Origin: Thalia democratica
Lineage: Eukaryota
NCBI GenBank assembly: GCA_965202585.1
Contig: OZ241826.1
Span: forward strand, 23,498,001 to 23,562,000
Reading direction: 5' to 3'
Length of the DNA stretch: 64,000 nt
Every line of letters begins with the position of its first letter. The stretch's first letter is position 1. Positions 12,601 to 21,600 of this stretch are shown here, piece by piece. Below the pieces are notes generated by a model. The model was not told where the DNA came from. It saw nothing but the letters and a program-made list of their open reading frames with translations, and did no database searches. Made by a program: the position numbers and the translations under genes.

Positions 12601-15600
12601 TTTATGTTTAATTGTTTTTTGATAACATTTATATATAATTAACTTAATTGTGGTTGGCTTGTGTTTTAAAGTAAAAATTTCGTCTAGAAATCATTTTAGA
12701 AGTGTTTTCATCAATTATCAAATTATTTAAAAACCATTCATTTTAGCCAATATTTCTCTGTTTAAATAATGTTTTCAGCTAATTGATTTTACTCTCCTTA
12801 CTTATTTTATAACTTTTTTATCTTCATATACAATTTATCCTCAGTCAACTAACTACATTTAACAAAATCGGCGAAAGTCTGCAGAACAAGTCCGGACTTT
12901 CGTTTGCCGTGAGACAAGCTCAAATTTAACAAAAGGGTTGATCATGCCAATTCGATCATCAGACCACAAGTTTCGAAACTTGTGGTCTGATGATCGAATT
13001 GGCATGATCAACCCTAACTACATTTACTGACTGTCTCTGTTTAGCAAATGAGAGCTTGCAAAAGTGAACCGCACAAAATTTGAGATAAAATATCTCAAGT
13101 TCACACTGGTTTGACGCTATCCAGCTGCCTGCTTCAATTATTCATTTAACTTCAACTCTGCACAGATCAAACATTTCAACTAATTGTTGAGGGAATTTGT
13201 AAATTAAACATATAATTTGTGCTGAACTTTTAAACAGCAATACTTTTTTAAATTGAAATCTTTAATTCCAAGTTTAAGAAATTGCTAATTTTTAAATCAC
13301 AGTTACTTGGTAGCTAAAAAAGAGAGATATTTATTTAATTGGGTTGTTTAACTAATAAAATCCTATTCAATAAGGTTTCTAAAACTTAATAATTTATTAA
13401 AGTCGTCTTAGTTGACTTTTAGAATTAGTTTATCGTTAGATACTAAATATTTCGGTACCACACACTTTTTTATAAATTATTTTATTAATCATTTATAAAT
13501 ACAACATACCAGATTACTACTTGGCCATAAAAAACAAAATAATGTCACAATAGACTATAAAATAATCACTAACACAATATGGTCACTGTTGAACTTTTAT
13601 TTACGCAACAAATTAAACACATACTTTTTTGCCAAAAAACAATAAGCACTTTTGAAATCGTGCAAGGCGTAGAAAATTTTGTGCGTGATAATATGAAGTA
13701 TTTTTAAATTGTTACGTCACACAAAATATAATTTTATGAACCAATTAAGTGTGAAACCATTCGGGTGTTACAATTATTTTTATCAAATTATCAAAACAAT
13801 ATACACAAAATTAAAATCTAAGATGACAAAATTTAAAAACACTGTTAAAGAAAAGAACTCAAAATCTTTTTAACAAATGAACACTATGATTGTAAAATTA
13901 AGGAGAATCAATTATTTTAACTATTCTTATCATCCGAATTATTCAAATCTTCCATATTAATTGTTGTCGTGTTTACATTGGAGTCTACCTAGATTTTGGA
14001 TGGTACAAAAAAGAAATAAACTTTATTGGCTTAAATATTTATTTGATAAATGAACTCGGTGAGACAATTTAAAACAATACCATAAATATTTCTAAATAAA
14101 TATATTTATACTAACCATATACGGAAATATATATAGGTACTTAATAGCAATATGTAATAAAAGTAGTATTATTGCGACTAGATTTATTTAGTCTCTACAA
14201 CTAATACATACTTAACAACAAAAACTTATTAGATGGACAGAGTAAAAACTTCTACTTTGTCCAATCAGATAAATTTACAAACTAATTATTGTAGGCCATG
14301 TCTTTGTCGGTCAGTTTTTAAGTGTTTTGACAAAAAAAAAGGTACACGTTGAAGACAATCATCATACTGCTAATAGCATAGGGAAACATTATTTCACTGA
14401 CATACGACAGACACCCAACAAACTTTTTGATGCTGATTCAAGCTTAATTTACTGTGTAATACTTACATAATATCTTAATATTTATACATATAAATATTTA
14501 ATTATAACACATACCTGTTGCTGCTGTTGTATTTTATCCTGCTGCTGAGAAACGCTCTTCAGTATTTGGTAGTGACCTGCCGCTTGCGTGGCCTGCTGGA
14601 GCTGTTGTATAACCTGATGCAACATGTTCATTATTGTAAATTTTATATACATATATGCTGAAGCTTACCAATAACTATATGAAAATTGACAAAAGGTATT
14701 TTTCTTGAAAAGTAACTAGTAAAAGCTTGATGTGAATAATTAACTAACACTGGATCCTAATTCTACTTAAACAGAATAAAAGCTGTAGTGACTTCGTAGA
14801 AAAAATACTTAAATGCTTTAGTACTAAAGAAGTTAAGTCCTATAAAAACACATATAAGTTGTTGGATCACCTGATATTATATTTTCTGTTTATTTTTTAT
14901 TGTCGATTTCATATATAATTTTAATAACTTGGTCTAATATAAAACACATTGACTTATATGATATAAGCTGAGCCACCTCTGATGAAAAAATACTAAAGTA
15001 CTTGTACATTGTATTACTTACATCATACAAACATGCGTAAGGTATTGTATAACACAATATAACATTTACTATGTCTATTTTTCTATTTTACAACTATAGT
15101 AAGTTATAACATGTGTGTAAGCTTCTAGTTAGTATGTATTAACAAGTAACTAATATTTATATATATATATATATAATTTAATTATACAATTACACAAACC
15201 TGATCTTGTTGCAGATGTTGTAGCGTCAATCCTTGTTGACCAGTAGTAACTATCTTCACCTGGTTGTCAACCGACGACTGAAGTGTTGTTTGGGGGATAC
15301 CTGGAGAAATAATATATTTAGAAAAAATAAGAGTCTTAAGCATTTAAAGTAATTAAAAAAAATTAAAATCAACATGTAAATAACAAGTCTTATGAACGAT
15401 TGTACTTGTTATGATACTCAAGAAAGAAAGTTTAAAAATTAAATATTTAAAAATTAATAAGTACCTTAAATGCTTGCAGAACCCTAAACCTTAACCTTAA
15501 AATGATACCACAAAATATTTTGAATTCATAATTTTTTTGATTGATATTTTTATGTAATTTAAAACTCCTGGAAAATCTGATATAGTTGATTAGAACTAAT

Positions 15601-18600
15601 TGCTTTCTTTCAATTTTTATAAAATAAAATGACTAATCAGTTTTAAATACAAAAAGCCTTATTTATTTTATACTATTGTTTACAAATATTTTATAAACTT
15701 TAATTCAATATCATCTAAATATCAAAAATATTTATTTTGTATGATTAATTACAAAAAATTAAATCACTTGAAACCAGTTAAAAAATGATAAACACTCTTA
15801 CACCTCATTAAAAAACAATTCAACCGTTGTATATTTATTTGTTTTCAAAACAATACAACTTTAAGTTTATTTTGAGAATAAAACAAAGCAATTAGCTCTC
15901 GAAACAATAGAGTCTCAAGGCACCGTTTTACAGTTGTTTACAAATACAACGAGCTCTTGTTATGTACATGATCGTTTTGCTAATTACATCTATTTTTGTT
16001 TAGCGGTTGTAAAAATCTCAAGAGCATGTGAATATCAACGTTAATGAGCTGCGGTTAGAATTTGTTAATATTTTGCACTTGACAATATTTATTGTTGTTG
16101 CGGTTTTTACTCAAACATAGTGTTTGTTTTAAGTAAACAATGGTTTTCTTTTTAATTGATACTTGTGTTTTGAAGATCATTACTCAAGTTAACGTGACAC
16201 AAAAGAAACTTTAACATATATATGTTTTTACATATCAATATGTGACAATTGGGTATATTTATAATTCAAAGTTAGTTAGTCCTATTAATAATATAGTAAG
16301 CTTCTAAAGTAAATTGTGTTCTTTCTAATCTTGTTGAAACACGTCATTTATAAATATATTTATAAAATAATATTTTAAACTTAATTAAATAAAAAACTAA
16401 CTATAACCTTCAATAGTGACAAAATTACAGCCGTACAGATCTTATTAAAACATACCAATTTAAATGATATTAATAAAACTAATAAAAACTAACTAGAACT
16501 GTCAATAGTGACAAAATTGTGTCCACTGAGATCTTGTTGGAACATGTCAATTTAAATAATTAAAAACTAACTGGAACTGTCAATAGTGATAAAATTGTGG
16601 CCGCTGAGATCTTGTTGGAACATGTCAATTTAAATAATTAAAAACTAACTGGAACAGTCAATAGTGACAAAATTGTGTCCACTGAGATCTTGTTGGAACA
16701 TGTCAATTTAAATAATTAAAAACTAACTGGAACTGTCAATAGTGACAACATTATGGCCGCTGAGATCTTGTTGGAACATGTCAATTTAAATAATTAAAAA
16801 CTAACTGGAACTGTCAATAGTGACAAAATTGTGTCCACTGAGATCTTGTTGGAACATGTCAATTTAAATAATTAAAAACTAACTGGAACTGTCAATAGTG
16901 ACAACATTATGGCCGCTGAGATCTTGTTGGAACATGTCAATTTAAATAATTAAAAACTAACTAGAACTGTCAATAGTGACAAAATTGTGGCCACTGAGAT
17001 CTTGTTGGAACATGTCAATTTTAATAATTAAAAACTAACTGGAACTGTCAATAGTGACAAAATTGTGGCCGCTGAGATCTTGTTGGAACATGTCAATTTA
17101 AACAATTAAAAACTAACTGGAACTGTCAATAGTGACAAAATTGTGTCCACTGATATCTTGTTGGAACATGTCAATTTAAATAATTAAAAACTAACTGGAA
17201 CTGTCAATAGTGACAAAATTGTGTCCACTGAGATCTTGTTGGAACGTGTCAATTTAAATAAAATAAATTAAAAACTAACCAGAACTGTCAATGGTGACAA
17301 AATTGTGTCCACTGATATCTTGTTGAAGCATGTCAATTTAAATAATTAAAAACTAACTGGAACTGTCAATAGTGACAAAATTGTGGCCGCTGAGATCTTG
17401 TTGGAACATGTCAATTTAAATAATTAAAAACTAACTGGAACTGTCAATAGTGACAAAATTGTGTCCGCTGAGACCTTGTTGAAACATGTCAATTTAAATA
17501 ATTAAAAACTAACTGGAACTGTCAATAGTGACAAAATTGTGGCCGCTGAGATCTTGTTGGAACATGTCAATTTAAATAATTAAAAACTAACTGGAACTGT
17601 CAATAGTGACAAAATTGTGTCCGCTGAGACCTTGTTGAGACATGTCAATTTAAATAATTAAAAACTAACTGGAACTGTCAATAGTGACAAAATTGTGTCC
17701 GCTGAGACCTTGTTGAAACATGTCAATTTAAATAATTAAAAACTAACTGGAACTGTCAATAGTGACAAAATTGTGTCCGCTGAGATCTTGTTGGAACATG
17801 TCAATTTAAATAATATAAATAAAAATTTTAATAACTAACTAGAACTGTCAATAGTGACAAAATTGTGTCCACTGATATCTTGTTGGAACTTGTCAATTTA
17901 AATAATTAAAAACTAACTGGAACTGTCAATAGTGACAAAATTGTGTCCACTGATATCTTGTTGGAACTTGTCAATTTAAATAATTAAAAACTAACTGGAA
18001 CTGTCAATAGTGACAAAATTGTGTCCACTGATATCTTGTTGGAACTTGTCAATTTAAATGATTAAAAACTAACTAGAACTGTCAATAGTGACAAAATTGT
18101 GTCCACTGATATCTTGTTGGAACTTGTCAATTTTAATAATTAAAAACTAACTGGAACTGTCAATAGTGACAAAATTGTGGCCGCTGAGATCTTGTTGGAA
18201 CATGTCAATTCAAATATTATAAATAAAAATTTTAATAACTAACTGGAACTGTCAATGGTGACAAAATTGTGTCCACTGAGATCTTGTTAAAAAATGTCAA
18301 TTTAAATAATTAAAAACTAACTGGAACTGTCAATAGTGACAAAATTGTGTCCGCTGAGACCTTGTTGAAACATGTCAATTTAAATAATTAAAAACTAACT
18401 GGAACTGTCAATAGTGACAAAATTGTGGCCGCTGAGATCTTGTTGGAACATGTCAATTTAAATAATTAAAAACTAACTGGAACTGTCAATAGTGACAAAA
18501 TTGTGTCCGCTGAGACCTTGTTGAGACATGTCAATTTAAATAATTAAAAACTAACTGGAACTGTCAATAGTGACAAAATTGTGTCCGCTGAGACCTTGTT

Positions 18601-21600
18601 GAAACATGTCAATTTAAATAATTAAAAACTAACTGGAACTGTCAATAGTGACAAAATTGTGTCCGCTGAGATCTTGTTGGAACATGTCAATTTAAATAAT
18701 ATAAATAAAAATTTTAATAACTAACTAGAACTGTCAATAGTGACAAAATTGTGTCCACTGATATCTTGTTGGAACTTGTCAATTTAAATAATTAAAAACT
18801 AACTGGAACTGTCAATAGTGACAAAATTGTGTCCACTGATATCTTGTTGGAACTTGTCAATTTAAATAATTAAAAACTAACTGGAACTGTCAATAGTGAC
18901 AAAATTGTGTCCACTGATATCTTGTTGGAACTTGTCAATTTAAATGATTAAAAACTAACTAGAACTGTCAATAGTGACAAAATTGTGTCCACTGATATCT
19001 TGTTGGAACTTGTCAATTTTAATAATTAAAAACTAACTGGAACTGTCAATAGTGACAAAATTGTGGCCGCTGAGATCTTGTTGGAACATGTCAATTCAAA
19101 TATTATAAATAAAAATTTTAATAACTAACTGGAACTGTCAATGGTGACAAAATTGTGTCCACTGAGATCTTGTTAAAAAATGTCAATTTAAATAATTAAA
19201 AACTAACTGGAACTGTCAATAGTGACAAAATTGTGGCCGCTGAGATCTTGTTGGAACATGTCAATTTAAATAATTAAAAACTAACTGGAACTGTCAATAG
19301 TGACAAAATTGTGTCCGCTGAGATCTTGTTGGAACATGTCAATTTAAATAATTAAAAACTAACTGGAACTGTCAATAGTGACAAAATTGTGTCCGCTGAT
19401 ATCTTGTTGGAACATGTCAATTTAAATAATTAATAACTAACTGGAACTGTCAATAGTGACAAAATTGTGGCCGCTGAGATCTTGTTGGAACATGTCAATT
19501 TAAATAATTAAAAACTAACTGGAACTATCAATAGTGACAAAATTGTGTCCACTGAGATCTTGTTGAAACATGTCGATTTAAATAATTAAAAACTAACTGG
19601 AACTGTCAATAGTGACAAAATTGTGGCCGCTGAGATCTTGTTGGAACATGTCAATTCAAATATTATAAATAAAAATTTTAATAACTAACTGGAACTGTCA
19701 ATGGTGACAAAATTGTGTCCACTGAGATCTTGTTAAAAAATGTCAATTTAAATAATTAAAAACTAACTGGAACTGTCAATAGTGACAAAATTGTGGCCGC
19801 TGAGATCTTGTTGGAACATGTCAATTTAAATAATTAAAAACTAACTGGAACTGTCAATAGTGACAAAATTGTGTCCGCTGAGATCTTGTTGGAACATGTC
19901 AATTTAAATAATTAAAAACTAACTGGAACTGTCAATAGTGACAAAATTGTGTCCGCTGATATCTTGTTGGAACATGTCAATTTAAATAATTAATAACTAA
20001 CTGGAACTGTCAATAGTGACAAAATTGTGGCCGCTGAGATCTTGTTGGAACATGTCAATTTAAATAATTAAAAACTAACTGGAACTATCAATAGTGACAA
20101 AATTGTGTCCACTGAGATCTTGTTGAAACATGTCAATGGTTTGCAGATCCGATTGGTTGGCCTGCAACTGGTTGGCGCGCTTCCTCGTTCCTGTGTCTGT
20201 GTTGCAAATAAAATTGTTGAATTAAATTTTATAAAATATATTGAATACATCAGAAACTCAGTCTTAAAACTAGCCCATTTATAATTCATGCTTTACAGAC
20301 TCCTAGTTTTCCTTAAATACATTACAATAAAACTAAATGTGTATTTGATCATTTTAAATGGACACAAGTCTAAAATTGAGTTGTTTCACTCTTTACTTGT
20401 TAAGTAAGTAGTAAAAAATATCTTATTTTAATTCTCCATTTTGAAACAGACTCTGTAAAATTCAATCAATCATGTGTATTCAAAGTTACATCTGTTAATT
20501 ATGCTTAAAATATTAAGAATAAAACAGGATAACAAAACACTAAAATAAAAAAGAGAACAAAATTTGTTGATGTCTTGTTTATTTTTCACGAATCAAACAC
20601 ACTCATATTTATTATTTCAACTCATATTTAATATTTATTATTTTCACAAACTGACTTCTGTTACCGGAAACGATTGAAACGGCTGAAACTGAGGAATTAT
20701 TTCCCTGGTCCTTTATCCTCGAGCTGTCTTTCATGAATTCTGATGATTTGCTCCTTACAATTCTGTATTTAAACATATTAAATCATTAAAAACGTTTACT
20801 GGTACTTGATTAAGGTGGAAGAAATTAAAACAGAAAACAATTTAATTCTTTTACACAAAAAATATTTTCTAAAATAAAATTTAAGTACTTATGTATAACA
20901 AGTTATGAAATTTAAAACAAGAAATCCAATTAAACAACAAGAACATTTGCAATCAAACCTGTTAATTGAAGAAACTGACGGAACGCTCTCGTCTGTGCAA
21001 ACACCGTCGGCTAACAATCTGTGTTAATGATAATACAGTAATCATAATGCTCAAACACTATTATAACTTATTAACAGTAAATACAACTTTATCAACAAAA
21101 CAGTATACATTCGGCAGCCAAATAAGTGTTAAATAATATACATTCATTGTAACAAATTGTAGAAATACTATGATCGTGATAAGTTTTAAACATAAATTGG
21201 TTTTCATCTAACCATTATTACATATTTATTGAGATAACATTGTAATGGTAATAATAACTGTTCCGATGAATAATGGTAATAATCATACTAATGTTTTCAA
21301 ACCACATACAACTTGTAAAAATTGTTCAAATTTACAGGTTTTTTTTTATAAATTGAGATAACATATGTTTTATTTCACCTGTCCCTGATCTCCCACGCGA
21401 ACATAGTGGGGTTTTCCCTTTTGTAAGAAGTGATTTTCTCCACAACGTCGGCGGTGGCCACCTTGGGTTTGCTGCCGCCGATGATGCCCGGTCTGATGCT
21501 GCCAGTCTCAAAGTATCTGAAATTTTATATTGGTTAATTTAAATAAAACAATGCGCAATTGAAAACCAACAACACATGAAAATCTAAGATGTTTTTTTTG

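Noticed and set aside
16390-20136. CRISPR array interpretation of the 78-bp repeat
   Set aside because: There are no unique spacers, the whole unit repeats, the context is a spliced eukaryotic gene, and no cas genes are present.
637-20762. Full paired-type homeodomain or octapeptide exon
   Set aside because: No WFxNRR or (H/Y)SIxGILG motif was seen in the predicted exons or other GC-rich patches.
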